From assembly GCA_023435705.1 (NCBI GenBank), contig JAEYRH010000003.1, positions 202,737-266,736 on the forward strand: a stretch of 64,000 nt of DNA, in the 5' to 3' direction. The DNA is from Bacillota bacterium (GTDB taxonomy: Bacteria > Bacillota > Clostridia > Christensenellales > UMGS416). Positions within the stretch are counted from its first letter, which is position 1. Each line of letters starts with the position of its first letter. A program made the position numbers and the translations under genes. Of the stretch, positions 28,736-36,373 are shown piece after piece. The notes below the pieces were generated by a model that saw only the letters and a list, made by a program, of their open reading frames with translations, was not told the DNA's origin and searched no databases.

Positions 28736-28756
28736 TACTGACTACTGGTTACTGGT
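28736..28756 (-). repeat. Three tandem heptamers (TACTGRY on plus, CAGTANN on minus) in the araC/GH4 divergent region
   Basis: Read directly: TACTGAC TACTGGT TACTGGT. The same unit forms the array at 49953..49994. Confidence 0.6.
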
Positions 28757-28856
28757 TATTATGCAACAAAAGTGCAGCATCTGGCAACAGACGCCACTTC
28801 ACCTCTGCCGCTTTTGGGGTATAATGGTCTGGTATTAGGAATGGGGAGGAAATGTA

Positions 28857-30167
28857 ATGGTCAAGATCGCGTTTATGGGCGCCGGCAGCACGGTGTTTTC
28901 CAAGAATGTGCTGGGGGATTCGATGCTATCCCCGGCGATGCATGACTGTGAGATCGCGCTGTATGACATTGACAGCGCCCGCCTGGACGAAAGCTTCACG
29001 ATGCTGCAGGCGATAAACAAAAACTGCAATGAGAACCGCGCCACGATCCGGAAGTATCTGGGGGTGGCTAGCCGACGGGATGCTTTAAAAGACGCCAACT
29101 TTGTGGTGAACGCCATTCAGGTGGGCGGTTATGACCCCTGCACGATCACCGACTTCGAGATCCCGAAAAAGTTTGGCCTCAGGCAGACCATCGCCGACAC
29201 GCTGGGCATCGGCGGCATCTTCCGCACGTTGCGCACGCTGCCGGTAATGTTTGATTTTGCCACCGACATGGAGGCCGTGTGCCCCAAGGCATGGCTTTTA
29301 AACTACACCAACCCGATGGCGATGCTGACCGGGGCGATGCTGCGGGCCACAAAGGTCAAGACGGTGGGCCTGTGCCACAGCGTGCAGATCTGTGCTTCCA
29401 GCCTTTTGAACGGTGTGGATCTGGAGTATGACGACCAGGTGCAGTGGAAGATCGCCGGCATCAACCACATGGCCTGGCTGCTGGAGATCACGAAGAACGG
29501 TGTGGATCTGTATCCGGAGATCAAGCGCAGGAGCAAAGAAAAGGGCGCCCCTGAGTGGGACAAGGTCCGCCATGAGATCATGCACACCTTCGGCTACTAT
29601 GTGACCGAATCGAGCGAGCACAACGCCGAATATATGCCTTACTTTATTAAGGAGAAGTATCCGGAGCTCATTGAGCGCTACAACATCCCGCTGGATGAAT
29701 ACCCACGCCGCTGTGTCAACCAGATCGAAGGCTGGAAGCGCATGCGCGACAGCCTGGTGAACAACCCCGATCTGGAGCACCAGCGCTCCCATGAATATGC
29801 CTCCTACATCATGGAGGCCATGGTGACCAATAAGCCCTACAAGATCGGCGGCAATGTGCTGAACACCGGCTTGATCACCAACCTGCCGGCCAAGGCTTGT
29901 GTGGAAGTGCCCTGCCTGGTGGATGCCAGCGGCATCGCACCTTGCCACATCGGCGAGTTGCCGGAGCAGTTGGCGGCCTTGAACCGCAGCAATATCAACG
30001 TGCAGCTGCTCACGATCGAGGCAGCACTCACCCGCAAAAAGGAATATATCTACTACGCCGCGATGAACGACCCGCACACCGCCGCTGAGCTTTCCCTTGA
30101 TGATATCAAGGCCATGTGCGATGAGCTGATCGAGGCCCACGGGGATTGGCTGCCAGAGTATAAGTAA
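28857..30167 (+). CDS. Glycoside hydrolase family 4 alpha-glucosidase/alpha-galactosidase (NAD+/Mn2+ dependent type)
   Basis: MVKIAFMGAGSTVFSKNVLGD (Rossmann N-terminus), NYTNPMAMLT, VGLCHSVQ, GINHMAW. 436 aa. RBS GGGGAGGAA. Confidence 0.85.
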   Translation: MVKIAFMGAGSTVFSKNVLGDSMLSPAMHDCEIALYDIDSARLDESFTMLQAINKNCNENRATIRKYLGVASRRDALKDANFVVNAIQVGGYDPCTITDFEIPKKFGLRQTIADTLGIGGIFRTLRTLPVMFDFATDMEAVCPKAWLLNYTNPMAMLTGAMLRATKVKTVGLCHSVQICASSLLNGVDLEYDDQVQWKIAGINHMAWLLEITKNGVDLYPEIKRRSKEKGAPEWDKVRHEIMHTFGYYVTESSEHNAEYMPYFIKEKYPELIERYNIPLDEYPRRCVNQIEGWKRMRDSLVNNPDLEHQRSHEYASYIMEAMVTNKPYKIGGNVLNTGLITNLPAKACVEVPCLVDASGIAPCHIGELPEQLAALNRSNINVQLLTIEAALTRKKEYIYYAAMNDPHTAAELSLDDIKAMCDELIEAHGDWLPEYK

Positions 30168-30230
30168 TCCCCCTCTGTCGCTGTTGCGGCATCCCCCCCT
30201 GCTAAGGGAGGGTGGGGAGGTTGCTTGATC
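30168..30230 (+). repeat. Copy of the module-1 double-hairpin intergenic repeat
   Basis: CCCCTCT-GTCGC-tgtt-GCGGC-ATCCCCCCCT-gcta-AGGGAGGGTGGGGAGGTTGCTTGATC aligns with 33071..33127, 45042..45095 and 47217..47272. Confidence 0.75.
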
Positions 30231-30244
30231 TTGATGTCAATGTA

Positions 30245-30268
30245 GGGGCCGGGCTCAGTACCGGCCCC
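30245..30268 (+). repeat. GGGGCCGG hairpin repeat (one of three copies)
   Basis: GTAGGGGCCGGgctcagtaCCGGCCCC. Near-identical copies lie at 46014..46036 and 49930..49952 in inverted orientation. Confidence 0.75.
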
Positions 30269-30397
30269 TTAACATAAGTACCATTTGCCAATACTTACCG
30301 CTTCAGCAACCCCAATCGCTTCTTCTGTCATATTGTGATATACACCCATGAATAATATAATGATGTATTGGTATTCAATCCATTCCGGAGGCAATCC

Positions 30398-31432
30398 ATG
30401 AAGACCATGCAAGCCATTGTGAAGCAGCAGCCCGGCCTGGGCGTTGTATTGACTAAAGTGCCGGTGCCGGAGGCGCGCGCCGGCGAGGTGCTGATCCGCA
30501 TCAAAAAGACTGCCATCTGCGGCACCGATCTGCACATCTATAACTGGGACCCCTGGTCGCAGCAGACAATCAAAACACCAATGGTAATCGGCCATGAGTA
30601 TGTGGGCGTGATCGAGCAAGTGGGAGACGGTGTGCACGACCTGAAGCCCGGCATGCTGGTGAGCGGCGAGGGCCACATTGTGTGCGGCCGCTGCCGCAAC
30701 TGCCTTGCCGGCCGCCGGCACCTCTGCCCCAACACCGTGGGTGTGGGTGTGAACCGCAATGGAGCCTTTGCCGAATATCTGTGCCTGCCCGCAACCAACG
30801 TGTGGGTGTGTGATCCGAAGATTTCTGAGGAGCTCTACAGTATTTTTGACCCCTTCGGCAATGCCGTGCACACGGCACTCTCCTTCGACGTGCTTGGCGA
30901 GGATGTTTTGATCACTGGCGCCGGGCCTATCGGCTTGATGGCCTGCGCGGTCGTGAAGCACGCCGGGGCCCGCAACATTGTGATCACCGATGTGAACCCT
31001 ACCCGCCTCAAACTGGCCGAACAAATGGGCGCCACCGTGGCGCTGGATGTCTCAAAGAGCACTGTGCGCGACGCGATGAAGGCGCTGGGCATGAAGGAAG
31101 GCTTCGATGTGGGTCTGGAAATGTCCGGCAACGGAGCGGCTTTTTCCGACATGGTGGACAACATGTTCAACGGCGGGCGAATCGCGCTGCTGGGCATCCA
31201 CAAGCCGGACACGCAGGTGGACTGGAACAAGATCGTGTTCAAGGGCTTGCACATCAAGGGCATTTATGGCCGGGAAATGTTTGAGACGTGGTACAAAATG
31301 ACCACACTTTTACAAAGCGGCCTTGATATCTCGCCGGTGATTACGCACCGCTTCGCCTACACCGATTTCGCCAAGGGTTTCGCGGCGATGCTGGGCGGCG
31401 AGTGCGGCAAGGTTGTGCTGGAGTGGGATTGA
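30398..31432 (+). CDS. tdh: L-threonine 3-dehydrogenase (zinc-dependent MDR family)
   Basis: Start at MKTMQAIVK (GGAGG RBS). Contains [40 protein letters not shown]. It is paired with kbl downstream. Confidence 0.88.
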   Translation: MKTMQAIVKQQPGLGVVLTKVPVPEARAGEVLIRIKKTAICGTDLHIYNWDPWSQQTIKTPMVIGHEYVGVIEQVGDGVHDLKPGMLVSGEGHIVCGRCRNCLAGRRHLCPNTVGVGVNRNGAFAEYLCLPATNVWVCDPKISEELYSIFDPFGNAVHTALSFDVLGEDVLITGAGPIGLMACAVVKHAGARNIVITDVNPTRLKLAEQMGATVALDVSKSTVRDAMKALGMKEGFDVGLEMSGNGAAFSDMVDNMFNGGRIALLGIHKPDTQVDWNKIVFKGLHIKGIYGREMFETWYKMTTLLQSGLDISPVITHRFAYTDFAKGFAAMLGGECGKVVLEWD

Positions 31433-31681
31433 TTTTTTGCTTCTCCGGTATCCTTCGGGGGTTCCGGGGGTTTGCAAGTTTCCCCTCGGATTTGCGGAAA
31501 TCAGGGCGTATAAGCCGAGGGACTGTTTGAGGAGGGCGAAGCCCGACGAGTTGTCCGAGGCTAGCCCTGATGATGGTAAATCCGAGGTCTTAGGAACTTG
31601 CCTCCCCCGGGGCTTTTGTTTACTTTTGGCCGCCAAAAGTAACATGCATCAAGTGGGTAAGTTGATTATCAGGAGGTATCC
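31433..31681 (+). repeat. Hairpin-rich GC-rich spacer between tdh and kbl, with partial similarity to the module-2 repeat
   Basis: Contains CCCTCGG...CCGAGGG, GGGC-gaa-GCCC, CCGAGG three times, CTTGCCTCCC (the module-2 start), and the palindrome CTTTTGGC/GCCAAAAG. Confidence 0.55.
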
Positions 31682-32866
31682 ATGAACCACGCATACGAAA
31701 TCTACACCCAGCAACTCGAAGAAATCAAAGCCTCCGGCCTCTGGAAGACCGAGCGCATAATCGAAAGCCCGCAGAATACTTGGATCTCTGTGGGCGGCCG
31801 GCGGGTTTTGAACCTGTGCGCCAACAATTACCTTGGATTGTCAGACCATCCGCGCCTGATCGAAGCCGCAAAAAGCAGCTATGAGCAATGGGGCCACGGC
31901 CTTTCCTCTGTGCGGTTCATCTGCGGCACGCAGGCGCTGCACAGGCAGCTGGAGGAAAAGCTTGCCGCTTTCTTGGGTATGGAGGATGCCATACTCTACT
32001 CCTCCTGCTTCGACGCCAACGGCGGCCTGTTTGAGACACTTCTCACCGAGCAGGACGCAGTGATCTCCGACGCGCTGAACCATGCCAGCATCATCGACGG
32101 CATCCGCCTGTGCAAGGCCCAACGCTATCGGTATGCGAACAATGACATGGGAGACCTGGAGGCAAAGCTCAGGGAGGCTGACTCTGCTGGCGCACGCATC
32201 AAGCTGATCGCCACCGACGGCGTGTTCTCGATGGATGGCTTCATTGCCAATCTAAAGGGTATCTGTAACCTGGCAGACCGTTATGGGGCGCTTGTGATGG
32301 TGGACGACTCCCACGCCGTGGGTTTTATGGGCAGGCAGGGCAGGGGGACTCCCGAATACTGCGGCGTGACGGGCCGGGTGGATATCCTCACCGGCACCTT
32401 CGGCAAGGCGCTGGGCGGTGCTTCAGGCGGCTATACGGCGGCTAAAAAGACCGTGGTGGACTTGCTACGGCAGCGCAGCCGGCCCTATCTGTTTTCCAAC
32501 ACGTTGGCCCCGGCCATCGCCGCCGCCACGCTGGAGACGCTGAACCTGCTCACTGAATCCACCGGGCTTCGCGACCGGCTGGAGGAAAACACCCGCTATT
32601 TCCGCGTCGGCATGAAGGCATTGGGCTTTGACATTCCTGAAAGCGAGCACCCCATTGCGCCGATCATGCTTTATGATGCGCAGCTTGCGCAGGCCATGGC
32701 TGCCCGCATGCTGGAAAAGGGTGTGTATGTGGTTGGCTTCTTCTTCCCGGTGGTGCCCAAGGGCAAGGCCCGCATCCGCACGCAGATATCAGCCGCGCAC
32801 AGCATAGAGGATTTGGATTTTGCGATGAAGGCGTTTGAGGAGTGCAAGCGTGAGATAGGGATATAG
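31682..32866 (+). CDS. kbl: Glycine C-acetyltransferase (2-amino-3-ketobutyrate CoA ligase)
   Basis: 394 aa, alpha-oxoamine synthase family. Contains [50 protein letters not shown]. Confidence 0.88.
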   Translation: MNHAYEIYTQQLEEIKASGLWKTERIIESPQNTWISVGGRRVLNLCANNYLGLSDHPRLIEAAKSSYEQWGHGLSSVRFICGTQALHRQLEEKLAAFLGMEDAILYSSCFDANGGLFETLLTEQDAVISDALNHASIIDGIRLCKAQRYRYANNDMGDLEAKLREADSAGARIKLIATDGVFSMDGFIANLKGICNLADRYGALVMVDDSHAVGFMGRQGRGTPEYCGVTGRVDILTGTFGKALGGASGGYTAAKKTVVDLLRQRSRPYLFSNTLAPAIAAATLETLNLLTESTGLRDRLEENTRYFRVGMKALGFDIPESEHPIAPIMLYDAQLAQAMAARMLEKGVYVVGFFFPVVPKGKARIRTQISAAHSIEDLDFAMKAFEECKREIGI

Positions 32867-33250
32867 TTACCCCATCCCCTTACCCCTTCCCCGAATTACA
32901 ATACGGCAACCGTCGGGCTTTCGGAGGGGAAGGGGAGTATCAGCAGGGCTTCGCCCTGCACCCACTGTCCCGTAGTGGTTGGGCTCCAGGTCGCAGGGGC
33001 GAGCAGCATTCGCAGAATGCATCCAGCCCGTCCTAGCCCGTCGTTCCAACCCGTCCCCGGCCCTGAAACTCCCCCTGTCGCCTCCGGCGACATCCCCCTC
33101 AATAGAGGGACAAGTATAGCTTGATCGGAGCTTCCTTGCCTCCCTCTATATCACCCCTTCTAGGGGTGACACCGCCGAAGGCGGTGGGGGTCAATGAGGG
33201 AGGTGGCGGCGAAGCCGCCGGAGGGAGTTTTCCGGTTTACATCTTCCCCC
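32867..33250 (+). repeat. Composite hairpin-dense repeat block between kbl and recJ (modules 3, 1 and 2 with a nested insert)
   Basis: At least eight perfect GC-rich stems. Examples: CCCCTTCCCC/GGGGAAGGGG, CAGGGC-ttc-GCCCTG, GTCGCC-tcc-GGCGAC, TCACCCC/GGGGTGA, CACCGCC-gaa-GGCGGTG, GGCGGC-gaa-GCCGCC. Homologous to 47160..47390. Confidence 0.8.
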
Positions 33251-33320
33251 GCATTTGGTATATTGTTTTCAATTCTTCGAGTCCTTTCACCTGTTTTCCC
33301 TTCGGGGAGAGGGAGCCGTT

Positions 33321-35828
33321 TTGCTGTTCCGATACCTGAAACGAAACCTGGGCGCCGAGCCGCAAGAGGCGGAGGCGCTTGCCCGCGAGCTGGGCGTGAT
33401 GAAGCCCACGGCGGAGATCCTGATCGGCCGGGGTGTGACCACGACTCAAGCTGGCCGCGCCTTCTTCGACCCCGGCATGGAGCGCCTGCGCGACCCGTTG
33501 GGCCTGATGGGCATGGGTGACGCAGTGAAGCGGATCAAAAGGGCCATCGCGGCCCATGAGAAGATCATCGTTTACGGCGATTATGACGTGGACGGCGTGT
33601 GTGCAACTTCCATTTTGGTTGAATATCTGACAGGCCTGGGAGCAGATTGCGACTATTACATCCCCAACCGCCATACAGAGGGTTATGGCCTGAACCGGGC
33701 GGCAGTGGAGTCATTCGCCGGGGCAGGGCTATTGGTGACGGTGGATTGCGGCGTGACCAACGGTGCGGAGGTAGCCCGCGCCCGCGAGCTGGGCATGGAT
33801 GTGATCGTGACCGACCACCACGAATGCCCCGATGTGCTGCCGGACTGCACAGCTGTCGTGAACCCCAAGCGGCCAGGTCAGGCATATGGCTTCTCCGGGC
33901 TTTGCGGTGCGGGCACGGCGCTGAAGCTGGTGCAGGCGCTGGGCAGGCGGGAGGCGGTGGAGCAGGTGCTGGACCTTGCGGCGCTGGCCACCGTGGCCGA
34001 CATTGTGCCGCTCACCGATGAAAACCGCGCCATCGTGCGCATGGGAATTGACCGCATCCAAGACGGAGAAAGGCCTGGCATCCAGGCGCTGAAGGAAGTC
34101 TCCGGGCTTGCCGGCAAGCCGGTGAAGGCCGGTAACATCGCGTTCATGCTGGCCCCGCGCATCAATGCCGGCGGGCGGATGGATTTCTCCCGCAAGTCGG
34201 TGGAACTGATGCTGACTCAAGACGCAGCAAGGGCCAGAGAGATTGCGGCGGAGCTCAACGACGACAATGCCGACCGTGTGCGTGTGGAAGAGGGCATTTT
34301 GGAGCAAGCCGTTGCGATGATTGAGCGTGGCTACTCTTTTTCGAAGCGCAGGGCCATTGTGCTCTATCAGCCCCATTGGAACACCGGCGTTACCGGAATT
34401 GTGGCCTCCAGGATTGTGGAGCGTTACCACCGGCCCACGTTCCTCTTTGGCGACGGTGAGGGGGCCTGTTACGGCTCCGGCCGCAGCGTGCCGGGCGTGC
34501 ACCTGTTTCAGGCGATGAAGGCCTGCTCTCAGTGGTTCCTGCGCTACGGTGGCCACGAGCAGGCTGCGGGCTGCGCTTTGCTGCCGGAGCATGTGGAGTT
34601 GTTTGCTGCCGAACTGGACAGATTCCTTACAGAGACTTATTCAGAGGACGTGTTCCTGCCGCTCCGGCAATATGACGCCCAACTTGCGGTTACTGAGCTA
34701 ACCATTGGCTTGGCGGAGGATATGGACAAACTGGAGCCCTGCGGCTTCGGCAACCCCCGCCCGGTCTTTTTGCTGAGGGATGTTGAGCTTGCCGGGCTGG
34801 CCCGCACCAAGGATGAAAAGCACCTGCGGATGCGCTTCGGAGGCGGATCCGGTGTGGAGGGCATTGCCTTCCGGCAGGGCGGCATGTTTGAAGCGCTCCA
34901 AGGTGCCTCAGCCTGCGACGCGCTGGTGGTGCCCGATGTGAACGACTGGATGGGCCGGCAGCGGGTGCAGGCTGTGGTGGAGCACATCCGCCCCGCTCAA
35001 GGGGAGGCCGGCGCAAGGGCTTTGATCGGTCAGGCCAGAGGAGCAGCGCAGGCGGCGCTGTTGAGGTTGCCAGAAGGGAATGTGCCTGCGGCGCCGCTTG
35101 ATTGGCAAACTGGTGTGTCCGCATTTTTGGATGCAGTGCGATGCTCTTGCTGGGGCGCCATGGCCCTTTGCCTGACTGAGACAAGCGCCACAGGCTTGCT
35201 GGAGGCGCTGCGGCATAGCGGGCTGTTGGAGCGGGTGTATGCCGGTGTGGGCGCTGCCCATCAGGCTGCCCGCCGTGAAAACGCGCTGGTGCTCGCGCCT
35301 GACCTAAAGGCTGTCCCTCTGGAGGGGTATGACCGTGTTTTCCTGTTTGACGGCCCCATTACCGGCGGATTGGCAAGTCATATCACCGGAAGATTGAACA
35401 ATGCCGGAAACTGCATTATAATTAGCGGTAACTCTGGTGGCGGCCTGCTGCCCGGTGATTTCTGCCGGGAAGAATTGCTCCGGGTTTTCCGGCTGATGAA
35501 GGTGGCTTTGCTCTCAAAGGTAGGCCCGGCAGGCCCCGCCGATTGGCGTTGGCTGGAGCGGGATGGCATTCCGCCGTGGCGTGCAGAGGTTTCGGCCCGG
35601 ATATTTACCGAGCTGGGGCTTTTGCTGGAACTGGACAAACCCATTTGGCTGCGGCCGGCGGAACCGGCTGCAAAGGCAGACCTCAACGACAGCTTGATTT
35701 ACAGGCGGTTGACCGAAACGATCAGGAGGTGCGGCGATGAATCTGAAGGACAAAGTGCGCTTGATACAGGACTTCCCGATGCCCGGCATCCGTTACCGGG
35801 ATATCACGACGCTGCTGAAGGACGGTGA
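33321..35828 (+). CDS. recJ: Single-stranded-DNA-specific exonuclease RecJ with a long C-terminal extension
   Basis: DHH motifs: IIVYGDYDVDGV, VTVDCG, VIVTDHH, and DHHA1 GGHEQAAG. Start uncertain: I chose TTG 33321 after GGGAGAGGGA, while the ORF track starts at 33255. Confidence 0.8.
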   Translation: MLFRYLKRNLGAEPQEAEALARELGVMKPTAEILIGRGVTTTQAGRAFFDPGMERLRDPLGLMGMGDAVKRIKRAIAAHEKIIVYGDYDVDGVCATSILVEYLTGLGADCDYYIPNRHTEGYGLNRAAVESFAGAGLLVTVDCGVTNGAEVARARELGMDVIVTDHHECPDVLPDCTAVVNPKRPGQAYGFSGLCGAGTALKLVQALGRREAVEQVLDLAALATVADIVPLTDENRAIVRMGIDRIQDGERPGIQALKEVSGLAGKPVKAGNIAFMLAPRINAGGRMDFSRKSVELMLTQDAARAREIAAELNDDNADRVRVEEGILEQAVAMIERGYSFSKRRAIVLYQPHWNTGVTGIVASRIVERYHRPTFLFGDGEGACYGSGRSVPGVHLFQAMKACSQWFLRYGGHEQAAGCALLPEHVELFAAELDRFLTETYSEDVFLPLRQYDAQLAVTELTIGLAEDMDKLEPCGFGNPRPVFLLRDVELAGLARTKDEKHLRMRFGGGSGVEGIAFRQGGMFEALQGASACDALVVPDVNDWMGRQRVQAVVEHIRPAQGEAGARALIGQARGAAQAALLRLPEGNVPAAPLDWQTGVSAFLDAVRCSCWGAMALCLTETSATGLLEALRHSGLLERVYAGVGAAHQAARRENALVLAPDLKAVPLEGYDRVFLFDGPITGGLASHITGRLNNAGNCIIISGNSGGGLLPGDFCREELLRVFRLMKVALLSKVGPAGPADWRWLERDGIPPWRAEVSARIFTELGLLLELDKPIWLRPAEPAAKADLNDSLIYRRLTETIRRCGDESEGQSALDTGLPDARHPLPGYHDAAEGR

Positions 35829-36252
35829 GGCCTTCGCAACACTCCTGGACAGGATGCATGAGCACCTGAAGGACAAGCGGATTGACATCGTGGCCGGCCC
35901 CGAAGCCCGCGGATTTATGATCGGTGCGCCGCTGGCCTATCTTCTGAAGGCCGGCTTTGTGCCGGTGCGACGCCCTGGCAAGCTGCCGGCAGAGGTGTTC
36001 CGCTATGAATACCAGATTGAGCAGGGTCGCAGTGACACACTGGAAGTGCACAGAGACGCCGTGCAGCCCGGCCAGCGTGTGGTCGTGGTGGATGACTTGC
36101 TCGCCACCGGCAGCACCGCCCTTGCCACCTGCCAGCTGCTGGAGAAGATGGGCGCGGAGATTGTGTGTGTGTGCTTCGCGATGGAGATGACGATGTATTC
36201 CGGCAAAGAGATCCTGCAGGGGTATGATGTCTTCTCTGCGATTAAGTTCTAG
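35737..36252 (+). CDS. apt: Adenine phosphoribosyltransferase
   Basis: MNLKDKVRLIQDFPMPGIRYRDITTLL and VVVVDDLLATGST (PRPP motif). RBS AGGAGGTG. The start lies 92 nt inside the recJ reading frame. Confidence 0.9.
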   Translation: MNLKDKVRLIQDFPMPGIRYRDITTLLKDGEAFATLLDRMHEHLKDKRIDIVAGPEARGFMIGAPLAYLLKAGFVPVRRPGKLPAEVFRYEYQIEQGRSDTLEVHRDAVQPGQRVVVVDDLLATGSTALATCQLLEKMGAEIVCVCFAMEMTMYSGKEILQGYDVFSAIKF

Positions 36253-36269
36253 AGCAGACGAAATGAGGC

Positions 36270-36297
36270 AAGGCGGGGATGCTCCCCGCCTTGTTGC
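36270..36297 (+). terminator. Rho-independent terminator after apt
   Basis: AAGGCGGGGA-tgc-TCCCCGCCTT followed by GTTG. Confidence 0.65.
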
Positions 36298-36373
36298 GAA
36301 TCACCGGGAGTTTCTCACCCCTGGATCATGGGAATAATACAATAAAAGCATCCATCCCCCAAAGGAGATTTCA

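Noticed and set aside
33194-33520. Small ORFs spanning the repeat blocks: 33121..33339, 33194..33520, 31413..31685, 47121..47447, 32867..33102 and 10341..10526.
   Set aside because: They read through palindromic repeat modules (for example ...EVAAKPPEGV..., ...PPLLHPQLSPHKCVGG...). They lack RBSs and overlap real gene starts. Any apparent conservation between them comes from the DNA repeats, not from protein coding.
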